Positions 38,271-50,869 of a DNA stretch of 64,000 nucleotides are shown here, piece by piece. Both the position numbers and the translations under genes were made by a program. Source of the DNA: Lama guanicoe. Lineage: Eukaryota. The notes under the pieces are model-generated. The model was not told the DNA's origin, made no database searches, and saw nothing but the letters and a program-made list of their open reading frames with translations. The stretch is taken from assembly GCA_013239625.1 (NCBI GenBank), contig MU054925.1, positions 34,451,538-34,515,537 on the forward strand, in the 5' to 3' direction. Position 1 is the first letter of the stretch. Each line of letters opens with the position of its first letter.

Positions 38271-41200
38271 GCACAGTGGAGACTGGCCTGGGGACAGGTG
38301 GCCCGGGTAACGTGGCTACGCCGCCTCCAGGTCAGCTCCTCCACCTCCTCGGTCCTCAGCCCCCGCACAGGAACAGCCCTGCGTGAAACGGAGCGGCCCT
38401 GAGACGCAGCTGTTTCTCAGCTTCACACCGCACACCCATCCTCGCTCCTGGAGCCAGGTCGTCCCCTGGCTTTGGTGACACCTCTGTCCATGTCTGTGGG
38501 TGGCAGGCATCAAAGTCACGTGATCATTAAGTAGCTTAACACTCAGCCTGTTGCCCTCCGACCTTCCCCTCCTGCCTCCCCCGCCCCCGTCAGGTGATCA
38601 TCTTCCGGTACTGCCGGCAGACCAACCACCCCAGACTTCACCCTTCTGAGTCTCAGGCCCGGGTGTGTGGCTCCCTGCGTTAAGGGGCGTCTCGGAGGGT
38701 CAGACTCGGCCTTCATCCAGTCCCATCTGGTGGCCAAGAGGGAGCGCAGCATGGCCTGGGAGCCTGTCAGACCCCCTCCCCACGCTGAACGTCTGTCCAG
38801 CCCACCCCTTCCCCGCCGTTTCCTGTCGGCCCCTCACTCCACCATCTTGGGGTAGTTTCTGGCTTGGCGGCCGCCTGGCCGGCCCGTCTGATGCTTGGTC
38901 TCTCACTTTGTTGTCCACGTGGACACCGGAGTGGTATTTCCAAAGCACGTGTCCTGTCGTTTCTCTCCTCACTGACCATCGATGGCAGCCTTGGGCCCCT
39001 CCTGGCCTCGCCTGGCGCCACCGTGCTCTCGCCGACACCGGCCTCCTTTCAACTTTTCAGTGCTTGGCAGTCAGGCTGGAAAGGGGGTAAAGAGGCGTAG
39101 GAGAGATAACTGGGCCCCACCTGGCCCACACATCCGCCCCTTCTGGGACCACGGCTCACGTCCCTCACGTCACGCATGGGACATCAGGCCAGTGTGACAC
39201 AAGGACCCTCAGAAAGGTCTCGCCCTCCTCACCAAGGCCTCCGAGAGGGTCGTGGGTGCCCCGGGCCCCTCCCTGGGCCCCAAGCACCGAAGAGCTCCGG
39301 GGGGCCCGGCCCTGGGCAGACTCGCAGTCGCCCCGACACTGCCAGACACACCCCCTCCTGCTGTTCCTCTTAAGCTACCGTCCAGGAAGTGGGAGGATGC
39401 TCTGGCCCAGAGAAGAGTGAGGGAAAAGTCCTGCTTGGAACTCCTGCCCGCACAACCCTGGGCCCCCGGGCGTCCTGTTCCCTTCCCTTCGAAGCCCCCT
39501 GGGGGTCTCCTGGAGGCGCCGGCTGTCTTTCCATCGCACTCACTCCTGCCTCCGTCTCTTTCTACTTTACGTGGTAGAAGCTCAGCCCCCAGACCCCTGG
39601 ACCAGGTGGTGCCCCCAGCCCACAGCTGGGGGTGCTGAGTCATCCCTGCTGGGCCCAGGCGGTGGCACCGCAGGCCCCACGTGGAGATGAGTTGTCCCCA
39701 CTCAGGGCAGGGGCAGCGTCCCTGCAGGGCTCCGCTGGGACCAGACACCAGCTCAGAGTTGCCCCGGCCTGTGTCCTCCCTCGGCAAGTCGCTTGACCAG
39801 AAGCCCATCTCCGGCTGCATCCAGGGACCCTAACCTAACACTGCGTTCTCACCCGTAGATGAAGGCCTCAGACGCCAGGCAGAGAGTGGTCTTGCTTCTT
39901 ACCCTTCCCCCCTCCCCTCCTCTCACCCCCACTTCTGAGGCAAGGGTCCTGACCTGGGGGGACTCTCCATAGCCTGCCAGGTGTGCCGGGCTAGTGCCGA
40001 GCCCCGTGGGGCCTCCGTGGAGCAGCAGGGTGTCCTGCCATACCAGACAGGCCTTGGAGCTGCGCCCTGAACCCCCGCGCGACTCAGTGGAATGATTCCT
40101 GTGAAGAGGAGCTTTTCTGCGGCCAAAGTGAGTTTTAGCTGTTCGTAGGCTCTGTCCTGCTTGCAGTCTGAGTTGGGGGAGATCTCTGCTGCAGAGTGTG
40201 TAGATGTGGGTGCCCCCATCCGAGGCCCTTGAAGCTGGACTGCCTGCCAGCCCACCACATGTGGCCACCTCTGTGGCCCCTCCCTGGTGGCTCAGCAGCT
40301 GCAGGGTCCCTGGTTGTGACCTCAGGGCCTTCTGATGTTGCAGGGAGCCTGGAGGCCTGGCCCGCCCGGCCCCAGGGCTAGTGCTCGTGTGGTGGCGTGG
40401 CAGCCAGGACCATGGCCAGCGCCCACCCCCTCTGGCGCCACACAGGCCAGCCCGTGAGCAGCCTGCCCCTTGGGAGGCTCCCTCGCCCACCCCTTTCTGG
40501 TGGGTGCTCAGGGCACCTGGGGCTGTGCCTTTCCATGTTGCTGTGCCAGCCTTGGGGCGGGCAGGGGACCTCACATAGGCGTCTTCCCAGCCAGTGCTCC
40601 AATGCACACCGCCAGGATCAGGGAGGTGCCCCACGTCAGCCTGGACCCGGCAGCGCCCTCCTGCCCTGCAGGAAGCAGGCCCAGAGTGGTTTGCAGGGTC
40701 AGGTGGGGACGCCCCTCCCTCTCCTCCCAAGCCCTGGGTGCGTGGGCCTCTTCCTCCCTGCCCTCCCCAGGACCATCTGAGCCACGTGGCCTGACCCCCA
40801 CCCTGGGCACCCCCTCCCGCGTGCTGTGGGGGGTTGCAGTCAAGCTTTCAGATCCCCAGCTTCCTTACCTGAAAATGGGGTAAGGGCTGTTCTCCATCCA
40901 GTGGAGAACACGGACCAAGCTGTTGCATGGAGCTTAACAGACATGTCTCCCTGTGCTGACACAGTCCCGTCCAGGACCAGGGCCCTCGCCTGGCTCCTCA
41001 GAGAGTTTTGCCTGAGGGCCAAGGGCTGGGGGCCAAGTCCAGGGAAGAGACCCCAGTGTCCTCAGAACAGCCCTGGTCCCACGTCAGGCTGCTCAGGCCC
41101 CCCCAGCCAGCGCTGGTGTAGAAACTTCCCCTCAATGGGGCCCTTTGCTGGCAGTGGGGCAGGTAAGCAGAGGGGTCTCCATGCAGGAACAGGAGGACTC

Positions 41201-41588
41201 CTTGTGGGGCCCGGGGGACAGGTCACAGTGGGACTGCAGCATTTCTGGGCCAGGTCGGAGGCCCCCTGGGTCCCAGCCTGCTGGATAGCTGGTGCCCTGA
41301 ATCAGACTGGGGCAGCCCGGAGGGAGTGGGGCCCATGGGCCAGGTCTTCGCAAGTGGCCTTGTCCGGGGAGTCTGTGCCCAGTGGGCTGTGACCACACGG
41401 AGAGTGCCCTGCCCAAGGCCGCCCTCGAAGTCCCTGTGGGGAGCAGCCTGGCTTCACCTCCACCAGGAGAGAAAACCAGGTCCCCACCGAGACAGAGGCC
41501 TCCTGGGGACCCCAGCTGACTTGGGAGGGGGCACCTTGTGTCCTGAGGCTTCCCTCCAGATTTCACTAGATCTTTGATCATGCCAAGT

Positions 41589-41602
41589 GTTGCCATGGAA
41601 AC
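41589..41602. promoter_or_regulatory. RFX X-box motif GTTGCCATGGAAAC upstream of the C3orf22 coding exons
   Basis: 13/14 match to the palindromic X-box GTTGCCATGGCAAC; function not shown. Confidence 0.45.
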
Positions 41603-42614
41603 CAGCTGCTGCGAATAGAGAAGAGGTGGGGGAGGGCAGCCCCGCCTGGATGGAGGAGGGACTCCAGTTCTGACAGGGAAGGAGGCGCAGAGACAGCTGG
41701 CCCAGAGCTTGGGGGGTGGGGTGGGGGCAGCAGTGCTGGGGCCAGGTGGGCCGCCTGTGTGCCTGAGTTTGCAGGTGTCCTCGTGTGTGCATGTGTGTCC
41801 TCCTGTGTGCACTCACGTGTGTATTAGAGACACACAGGGGTGGTCGGGGGGCCTGCTCCATGTTCGCCTTCTCAGCCTGGGTCCCAGTGAGCGCAGACAC
41901 TCCCACGACTGGTGGGAACAGGCCGCTGCTGGTGTGAGTCTCGGACCTCTGGCCACCCCGAGGCGAGGCTGCAGGTGCAGCCGCTTTATCTAGGGGCTGC
42001 TCCGGCAGCACAGGCCGGGGTGGGAGGTAAGGAGGGAGAGGGGTTCGTGGTGTGCTGTCAACCAGTCCCGCGGGTCCTTTGTGGGTGGTGGGGAGCGCAG
42101 CTCGGGGCTGTCCTGCCCCCAGGGCCCAGGCAGCTGGGCCTTCTCTCCTCCGCCCTCATCCCTGTGTCGCTGGTGGGGCTGCTTCTAATGGCACCAGCTC
42201 CCAGGGACTTGTCTTGCCTGCCGTCAGGCAGGGCGGCTGGCGCAGCCTCCAGGCATAGAGCTGGCGTGTTTGCAGGGCACTGACAGTGTCAGCGCCAGTG
42301 CCTGCCTGAAACCGCAGCCCTACCGGCTCCTGGGGCCCTCTGTCCACTGGGGCCCGCCCCACTGGGCCCCTCCTGCCAGCCCAGGGACCGAACGTGGAAC
42401 CCAGTGCTGGCGGGCAGCTGCCATTGTCACATCAAGGTCACATGTTGAGGACCCGATGGCTGCTCAGACCCCAGCGCAGCCACACTGGGTCAGCAGGGCT
42501 TTGACGGGGAAGGTCAGGGATGTGATGGTGGCGGTGGCACCGGTGCTCAGATCCCAACCCGAGTCGTTCTCGGCCCTGACTTGGCTTATCCTCACCCGCA
42601 CCGGGCGCTTTAAA

Positions 42615-43060
42615 GGAGATACACTCACTCACGCACTGCTGGTGGGCGTGTAGAAGGGCACAGCCACTCGAAAGCCACGTGGTTCTCGTGAAAACTAAAA
42701 ATGGACTCACCAGCTCAGCAGTTGCACTCTTAGGTGTGTAGAGGAGAGAAACAAAGACACCTCCGTGCAGAAACTTGTACATGAACGTTCGTAGCAGCTT
42801 TATTCACAATGTTCCCAAACTGGGAACTGCCCGGGTGTCCTCCAGGAGTGATGCCAGCCCAGCTCGGCCCCGGCAGGGGCCCGTGCAGACACAGCCCCGT
42901 GATGGTTCCGGAGGGCAGGACGCTGGCGGAGGGAGGCCCGTCTCAAGGGTGCCTCCAGCCCGGCTACACCCATGTGACAGTGTGAAATCATGTCCTTCCA
43001 GAGACGGGGATGGATCAGTGGCCCCAGGGTTACGGTGGGTCGAGGGCAGAGCTGCGAAGG
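42615..43060 (+). mobile_element. L1M 3'-end fragment
   Basis: cactgctggtggg...cagttgcactcttagg...acttgtacatgaacgttcgtagcagctttattcacaat. Confidence 0.65.
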
Positions 43061-43424
43061 GGCAGCAGGGGGAGCCTCCTGGGCCGGCATCTAGGGTCCC
43101 CTGGACTGTAGGGACGACACGGAGCCGCACATGGGATAAAGCTGCAGAGGGCCACAGGCACACTCACACACATGCATACACACTACACACAGTAACCCCT
43201 GGGCAAGCATCCTGGCGCCGTGTGGTGAGGGGCCCGGAGCACAGGCGGCTTACCCAGCCCCTCACTTGCCCCGAGAGGCCGGCGGGGCTGCATCCCGTCT
43301 CCTCCGGATAAGGATGCCTTGGTCGGTCTGGGGAACGCCGTGTCCGTCCAGGTCCTGACCGGCTCCCCCCACGGGTCTTCCAGCTGCGACTGAAGGGTGC
43401 ACCCCAGCTTAGCCCACTTCCATG

Positions 43425-43513
43425 ATGGATGCACAGGCCCCCAGGAAGTGCGGCCGGCGTAGGAAGAGCAGGAACTAGACCCAGGAGAAGGTTGGCAGGA
43501 AATTTCCATACAG
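43425..43513 (+). CDS. C3orf22: C3orf22 first coding exon (acceptor at 43383/43384; ATG 43425, upstream ATG 43422; TAG 43476-43478)
   Basis: gtcttccag| acceptor, ends KFPY AG|gtacaa; 89 coding nt. Confidence 0.8.
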
Positions 43514-44169
43514 GTACAAGACGCCTACCCCACGGCCAGTCCTGCTCCCCTCGGGCGCCCCCGGAATGCACTCCAGAGGCACAGGGCGGGAGCTGGGAGG
43601 GTCTCTGTCCACAGGGAGCGCTGGGACCCCGTCCTGCCTGAGCTGAGGGCCTCCAGAGGGGTGCCAGGACCCCCAAGCACCCAGAGCCTTGGCAGGTCTT
43701 CCTTCAGGGCCAGCGGCCATCCCACCTGAACCACCGAGGAGCCTGTTCATGACCCTTGCTTCCAGGAGGGTATGATGGGAGGAGTCTGCAAAGCCCCAGG
43801 GCTCTGGGGACCCTCAGGGGCCCACAGGCCGGGCGGTGCAGGGCCCCAGCCAGCAGCGGCCTGTTTCTGAATGTGTTGACCAGGCAGGCTGGAGCCTGCA
43901 GTCCCTCGGTCAGTGTAGCTAACAGCCTCCTGGAGAAAACGCAGAGAGAGGGAGGGCTGGTGGCCGCCCTGGGCTGAACCTCCTCTGTGCGCCTGTGGCA
44001 GGTGGGCTGGACGCCTGTCCTGCCTTGCGCCTCATCCTGTCACTGGGCTGCAGGCTGTCCTGTGAGGCCCCGTGTGGCAGGTCCACGTGGCAGAGTGACC
44101 CTTGTGAGAAACCTAGGGGCTGGGGCCCCTTGGGCCAGGCCACCACTGCAGGGCTGAGATGTGGCTCTG

Positions 44170-44330
44170 GGCCAGCCCAGATCCCAGCTCTGCTGCTTCC
44201 TGTCTGTGTGACCTTGGGCAAATCACTTAACCTCTCTGTGCCTCAGTTTCTCCTTCTGTAAAGTAAAGTGTGCATAGCACTACCTACCTCCCCGAGTGGT
44301 TGTAAGGTGCTCAGAGCAGTGCCGGGAGTG
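44170..44330 (+). mobile_element. MIR SINE
   Basis: tgtgtgaccttgggcaaatcacttaacctctctgtgcctcagtttctccttctgtaaa core. Confidence 0.8.
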
Positions 44331-44405
44331 TGGGCACTTGCAGATGAGGGAAAGCTACTGCCTGCAGCTGGGCGGCAGCCCCCAGAGATGCCAGGTGCCC
44401 TGCAG

Positions 44406-44537
44406 GTTCTCCTGGCCGACGGAGACCAGCACAGAGAGCCTGCAGCCCTGGAAGTTCACGAAGACAAACAGCTCGCTGCGGGATCGGCTGCCCCTGCAGA
44501 AGACCCTGGTGCCAACAAGGTCCATCCCAGTCAGAGG
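44406..44537 (+). CDS. C3orf22: C3orf22 middle coding exon ([44 protein letters not shown])
   Basis: ccctgcag| ... GG|gtaagt, 132 nt, phase 2-2. Confidence 0.88.
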
Positions 44538-45845
44538 GTAAGTGGCAGGCACCATTGCTGGCGTCCCCACCTGAGAACCACACCACTTCCAGCGGAGGAA
44601 ACTGAGGCCCGGGCAGCTCCAGGAGGGGGCTCATCCACAGGTGGCAGGGCAGGGACGAGGGCCCGAGAGGAGGGAGAGGCAGCCGGGGTCTGGACTCCAT
44701 ACAGCTGCTCTGAGGCTAGAGGTGCTGGCAGGGGACCCCGACACTGGGCAGCCCTCAGCCAGCCACATACCCACAAGCACACACATTCACGCGTGCCCCC
44801 CACCTGGGGGGACACACAGCGAAGCACCCAGATACACTTGGAAAGACCCACACAGGAAACATAAAGACCCACAGACACACACACGCTGACCCTAAACTGG
44901 GGGTCAGATCTGGCTGTCCCTCAGATGACACCAGCCATAGATAGGGAGGGGCTTCCGTGACTCCACCCTGCCCCTCCGAGTACCCCAGCCCTGCCCCGAC
45001 TGCCTCGCCCCCCACCCCATGACTCCTCCAGCAACTGGGTACGGGGGCCTCGGAACTGAAGGCAGTATCTGTCCTGACCAGGGATGACCTGGCTGCATGC
45101 TCCAGGTGATCACCCCGGCAGGTCACAGAGATGTACACGGTCCCCCAGTTGGAACCGAGAGGCCGTGCACATGCCCCCCCCACACGTGCACGCATGTCAC
45201 ACACACCTGCCACACACACGCACCCCACAGCAGCACGGGTGGTGCCCATCCCCCATCCACACCCGCCCTGGCTCTTGTCCCAGGCCTCAGCAGCCCCCCT
45301 CACTCGGCTGCGGGTTTCTGCTGTGAACCTCTGAATGGACTGGCTTGGGGCTGAAGGCACAGGTGTCCCTGGGTCTCAGTGTCCCCTTTTGCTGAAAGAG
45401 TCAGTGAAGGCAGGGCCCTCAGGCTGTGCACGACGGGGAGGAGGCTGAGGCCGGGCCCAGGGCTGCCCTCCCTCACAGTTGGGGCCCCTGCAGGGAGGGC
45501 ACTGCGCTGCTCGATGCCAGCACTCATCGGAGGGGTCGTGGGAGCCGCTGGAGCCTGGGTCACAAGGGGGAGGGTGGTGTCACGGGGAGGGGGCCACCCG
45601 ATGCTGTGCCCTTCCCGCAGGTGACAGGCCTCCTGGCAGGCACAGGGGTGCTGCCCGCTCCCAGGCTGGGCAGGCCCAGGGTCCACACTGGGTGGCATCA
45701 GGGCTGCTGGCCCTCTGGGCAGATGGTGCCTGGGAGGTGACAGAGGTCCACATGGGGCGTGAGGCCGGTCTCAGTCACGACACCAGCCACCTTCTCTGGG
45801 CCGGGGTCCCCGAGGGTCAACACGGGGCTTGTGTGGCTTCTCCAG

Positions 45846-46095
45846 GTTCGGGGCCCCGGATTTCACGTCACTGTGCAGCCTCCACCTGCCGCCGCCGCCG
45901 CCGCCGCCGCCAAGCCACCTCTGGGAACTGATGCTGCTGGGCCACCGCTTCCTGGGCCGCCTGCCCCCTGGGGGCCTCCCTGGGGCCCGGCTCTCAGCAG
46001 CCTCCCTCTCCGCCCCCTGGCCCAGGGCGCCCGGGGCAGCGGCCGCAAGGAACTGCCCCCGGGCTGAGGTGACCTGCCGGGAGGAGCAGCCCTGA
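45846..46095 (+). CDS. C3orf22: C3orf22 last coding exon (FGAPDFTSLCSLHLPPPPPPPPSHLWELMLL...EEQP*)
   Basis: cttctccag| acceptor; TGA 46093-46095; variant PAS AGTAAA at 46121-46126. Confidence 0.85.
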
Positions 46096-46521
46096 GAGGC
46101 CCCAGAAACGTCACGACGGGAGTAAATGCTGCTGATTCTGTTCCCTGAGACGGGCACGCTCCACGTCTGCACTGCCTGTTCCCATCCGTAAAGGGGTGGT
46201 GGTCGCTCCTGCAGCCCGTGACTGCCACGCCCAAGAATTTACCCCAAAGGTAGTCTCTCATGTGTAAGGAGAGAGATTTGGACAGTGATACTCATTCCAC
46301 TGCTGTAGGAAACAGCAAAAGGTTGGAAACCACCCAAATATCCATTAATGGGGCTTTAAGTAATGCCACCACTGCACCCCCGAAGTGTGAGGCAGCCACT
46401 GAGATGAGGGAGCAGCTGTTTCCGCTCTGATCTGGGACCGTCTACAGAGCGTGTTCAGACGTTGTTTAAAGCACAGCAGAGAGAGTGTCTAATCTGCTGC
46501 CTTTTGCGTATTTTAAAAAAC

Positions 46522-46730
46522 GGTGTGTCCATGCGTATGTGCACGTGTGCATATGTATACACGTAAAGGTGTGCCTGCACGCGTGTGCACGTATGTATAC
46601 ACACAAGGGTGTGTCTGCACATGTGCGTGCACGTGCACGTATGTGTACACGTATGGGTGTGTGTACACATACGCATGTGGTGTGCCTGCGTGTGTGGGTA
46701 TGTGTACATGTACGTGTGTGTGTGTGCATC
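46522..46730. repeat. Degenerate alternating purine-pyrimidine (TG/CA/CG/TA) tract
   Basis: About 200 bp of tgtgcacgtatgtgtacac-type units. Confidence 0.85.
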
Positions 46731-49700
46731 TGGCAGTGCATGTGGAGCAGGGAACAACTGTTGCTTTGGGTAGAGAAACTGGGGATTTGGGGACAGGACT
46801 GAGGGGGGGCGTGCCATTTTCTGAATTTTTAGTGTGTGAACCTAGTGCCATGTTGCTGGTGCGTTACCTCTTTAAAGAGAAGTTGCATGGACCCAAAGAG
46901 GGGCGCTCCCGGCCTGCTGACAGCCAGATGCTGGCGGAATCCCTTTGGAACTGGCAGTAGCTGCTCAGGTGGGAGGCTGATGCTGAAGATGTGAGGTGTC
47001 CCCACCGCTCTGCAAACAGTCACCTTAGAGCCTTGGCAGAACGGGAAGTCGGGCAGTCACTGGAGCCCTCTCCCCGGGGCAGAGCGGCGTGGGGGCCCTG
47101 GGAGTGGGCAAGTGTCCGTCGTCTTTCTGGTGGACGTTTGGTTGGGTCCCCCCTGCCCTGGTGGCCAGTGGTGCTCTGGGCCTTCCTGCCCCTTCCCGTC
47201 TCCAGAGAGGACGTGCTGGCCAGGGGCTCCTGAATGCCCACCCTCACCGGTAGGCACCGCCCTGTCTCCCAAGGGGCCCTCTGCACATGGCTACGAGCAG
47301 CTGATAGAAGGTCCTTCAGCTCCACCTCCAGGTGCCCTTGCCGTGGCCCCAGAGTGTCTAGGACACGGAGCAGGGGGCCGTCGGGGCTCCTCCGGCACAG
47401 GGGCAGAGCCGGCGGTTCTGTCGGGAGAAAAGGCTCAGCCCATCACCTGAATCCAGAGTCATGAAAGGTGCTGGGTCTTCAGGGGCTCCTCCCCTGAGTT
47501 TGCTCTAAAGGAAGGATATTTAGGGAGCAAGGAACAGCTGCTGGTCCCACAGTGTGCTCAGCACTTGTACGCGGCGTCCTCAAAGAAGGAAACGACGCAT
47601 CTGGAAGCAGGTCTTGCAGGGAAGTGGGCCGCGGGCTGGCTGGCTGCCTGCTGTCGGGGATGGCTCGGCAGTGCGCGCCCTGCAGGTTATCCCGGACCTG
47701 AGGGATGACCACGCGGCCCCTGCAGCAGCTCGGGGTCTGCTGCCGGCGTGTGGGAGCGGCCACCTGACCTCGGTGGTCCCCGTGAGCACGGTCACAGCAA
47801 AACGCGAACCAGCTCGGGGCTGAAGCCGCCCAGGGAGCGGGTGGCCGGGGGTGTGGGCCAGCCTGCAGGAGTTGCGGGGCCCGTGTGGGAAGGACTCGGG
47901 TTAACCAAACTGCCTATCACTTAGGGACCAGTGAGCTGAGGGCACCATGTCTGCAGCGGATCCTGCAGACCCCTGCCCGGCTGGACCCTCCCCAGAGCCT
48001 GGAGACCAGGCTGTGCATGCAGGTTGTTTACGTGGGAGGCGGTTCCAGGAAGCGCCTCAGAGAAGCAGGGACTGCATGCCCTTGAGCTGGCCGCCACCGC
48101 GGGCCCCCAGGCTGAGTCCCCGGCTGCACCCAGGGGAGAATGCTGCCGAGCTGGCCTCCCACTTTCCCCAGACTGGACTGAGGGCTGCTCGGGACATGGG
48201 CTCCCCCCACCCCCCACTGCTGTGCCTGGAAGTGGCTACTGTGAACGGCTCTCGCTCTGCCTCCCCTGCAGTGGGCGCAGCAGGGGTCCCTCTGAGGAGC
48301 TCTGGAAACAAAAGGTACAGCCCAGCTTGTGTCCTCGGAGGGAGCTAGACACTCCTGTGCCTGGACGGCAGGGACCATGTAGACGAGGGCTGTGCCAAGG
48401 GGTGGGGACACCAGGACAGAGGGGCCTGCGTGTCCTACCAGGCCCAGCAACCACGTCTGCATGGGAGAGGCCAGCTGGAACCACCTGATGTCAGTGACCA
48501 TTGGTGCCCTTTGAACAGGCAGCGACCCCCACCCATCACTGGAAGAGCCAGCACCCAGCCCTGGGCTGCAGACCCCTCGGAGTGTCTTGGTGACAATCTT
48601 GTGAGCAGACCCAGGCCTTCATCCGCCCCAAGGCCATTGGCCAGTTGCTGAAGCCGGCAGACGCAGCCGGCTGCAATTCTGGGGTAATGCGTGAAACGGT
48701 GTGGTTACAGAGAGCTAGGGATTTATTTTAGAAAAATTCTAAACCATAGAAATACGCCTCCCAGGAAGCTGCTTGGATGACAAAGCCACAAAATAAAGCT
48801 CAAAACAGAAGCAAACCCACACTGGAACTCCAAAAATCTGGGAAACATTTTTCTGACAATGAAAGCCAGAAAAAGCAAAAGAATGATGAAACTTTTTAAA
48901 AACAGGTCTCTGTAACCCAGTCCACCCCTGTCACTTCTACCTGGGGAGGGTACCGACCAGCACCACCAGGTCTGGAGAGACTGGGACGCTGCGAAGCGTT
49001 AGACGGTCCCGGCAAGTCGGAGTGCCGCGTGACCTCACTGACACGCGGCTCTAGCGGAAATCCCCTGTCCCGAGGGGGCACCTGACTGAGAGCCCACCTG
49101 GACACTCGCATAGCTTGTCCAGCTCTGCCCATGAGACCCGTCTTACTCAGGCCACCCGGTGACCGAGCCGTGAGCCCACCCTTGGGAGTGGGCTGCCAGC
49201 CGGTGATCTATTAGGACCGATGCTCTGGCACCAGCAGACCCCCAAGGCAGGCGAGGGACGGGCAGGGGGCACCACTATGTGCGCACAGCAGAGGTGGGGG
49301 CCGTGTGGTGGGCTGCAGCACGTGTGAACCGAGTTCACACACGGGAGAGGCAGAGGGACTGTGAGTGCCTGGGACGAGGGTCAGAGGGCAGGAGGTGCTA
49401 AGAGGTGACAGCAGATAGAGTCATGGCAGAGCAGGAGGGTGACTTGTCACTGTGGTGCTCCTGGGGTGTGGCTTCTGGTTGGGAGCTAACTCAGCAAACA
49501 GGTCACTGCACAGGCTGCTTGGGTAACAGGGTACTGGTGACTAAGACCATGGCCCCTGGCTGTCCACAGCCCATCCCTCCTCACCCTGGTGACAGTCCAG
49601 GACCAGGGGTTTTCAGGGCCCCCACAGCGGGGCAAGGCTTCACAGGGAGCCCCCTGGCAGAGGCAGCCCCTTCCCAGGCCCACGGGGGTTGACTGCCGCT

Positions 49701-50476
49701 GACCCACGCTAGCCCACAGGCACAGTGCAGCGGGAGCTCAGAGGGGCAGGCTCCTGACACTCAGGACTTGGGGCCCGGCCTGGGGAGGGACGGCGTCACT
49801 CGCAGGCAAGGGAAACGGCATAAGTGAACCTCAGGGGTGGATGCGGCCGAGCTGCCTGTTCTGGCCAGTCCAGCCCCCACCGGCCAGCACAGCCCCGAGA
49901 CCCGCGTTCCAGGCCCTCGCCACAGAGCGCGGGGGTCCGCAGCTGGGGTTTGGCCTCATCCCTGTGAGGCTGTCCTTCCTCCGTTGTATTCTGATCTCTG
50001 TTTTTCAAAACCTGAAGCGTGCCCTGCCCTGTTCTTCCCGAAGTTCTGGCGTTTTGATTTATCATCCACAGACACTGAGAGGACGTCATCTATTCATCCA
50101 TCACTGAGGAGACATTTCCTCCCAACAGACTCCCATGACCGGCTGTCTCTCCAGAACGTGCACACAGGCACACACACACACATGCCCCAGGGTGGGAGGC
50201 AGGCACGGCACAGGGCTTGGCTCAACTGGGTTGGCTTTAATCCTTGGCCCTGGCAGAGTGAAACGATACATTGTCCCCAAGCATCACTGTTGCCCGTGGA
50301 GCCAGAATTTAGGACCCCCGTGGGGTGCCCCCTCCCTGTACCACTCCCCATTTGGCCTGTGACACCTGCAGGCTGCCGTGAAGGTGATCCAGGCTCAAGA
50401 TCAGGCAGCCTCATGCCTCCTGAACAAATGGCAAAATGAGACAGAAACTCCAAAATGTCAGAAAGTAACAAAACAC

Positions 50477-50482
50477 TTTATT
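50477..50482 (-). terminator. Polyadenylation signal AATAAA of CHST13
   Basis: Plus-strand TTTATT about 490 nt past the CHST13 stop, followed on the minus strand by GT/T-rich sequence. Confidence 0.75.
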
Positions 50483-50869
50483 TCAAAACCATGAGCTCCC
50501 CAGGTCTTACAAAACCTGCCACCGTTACTGCACCCTGGGCGCAGGACAGCCTAGCCTCTGACCAGACCGAGACCAAGGGTGGGGCCAGAACAGGGCCCCC
50601 AGCTGCTCCCGGCCCAGGACTCCTAGGCGGAAGGCGGAAGGGAGGGCTCCTCTCCCTGGCCAGGGCTGTCCTTACCAGGCAGGTGAGGTGGGGAGGGCCC
50701 TGGGATAGGCCCCGGGCTGCGCAGAGCCAGGGTACTAATCCTGCACCGCGGACAGGTTCCGGGACAGAGTTGACAAAAAACAGGCTCTCACGACCTAAAA
50801 AACTCTTACCCAATCCTCACCCCCACCCAGAGGTCCTGGGGAGGCACTTGCCCGCCGGAGCGCTTCCAG

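Larger units (their letters stand above)
43425..46095 (+). pseudogene. C3orf22: C3orf22 orthologue with premature TAG at codon 18; join(43425..43513,44406..44537,45846..46095)
   Basis: The three exons splice in frame to [35 protein letters not shown]...LQPW...[25 protein letters not shown]...LWELMLL, matching recalled human C3orf22 motifs ([41 protein letters not shown]). Syntenic between TXNRD3 and CHST13. Pseudogene status rests on a single base. Confidence 0.75.

Noticed and set aside
39849-40730. 293-aa minus-strand ORF
   Set aside because: G/A/R/P-rich with no motif or exon structure; a compositional artefact.
26000-43000. TXNRD3NB-like coding gene between TXNRD3 and C3orf22
   Set aside because: I could not recognise any ORF or exon chain; the interval is mostly L1/LTR relics.
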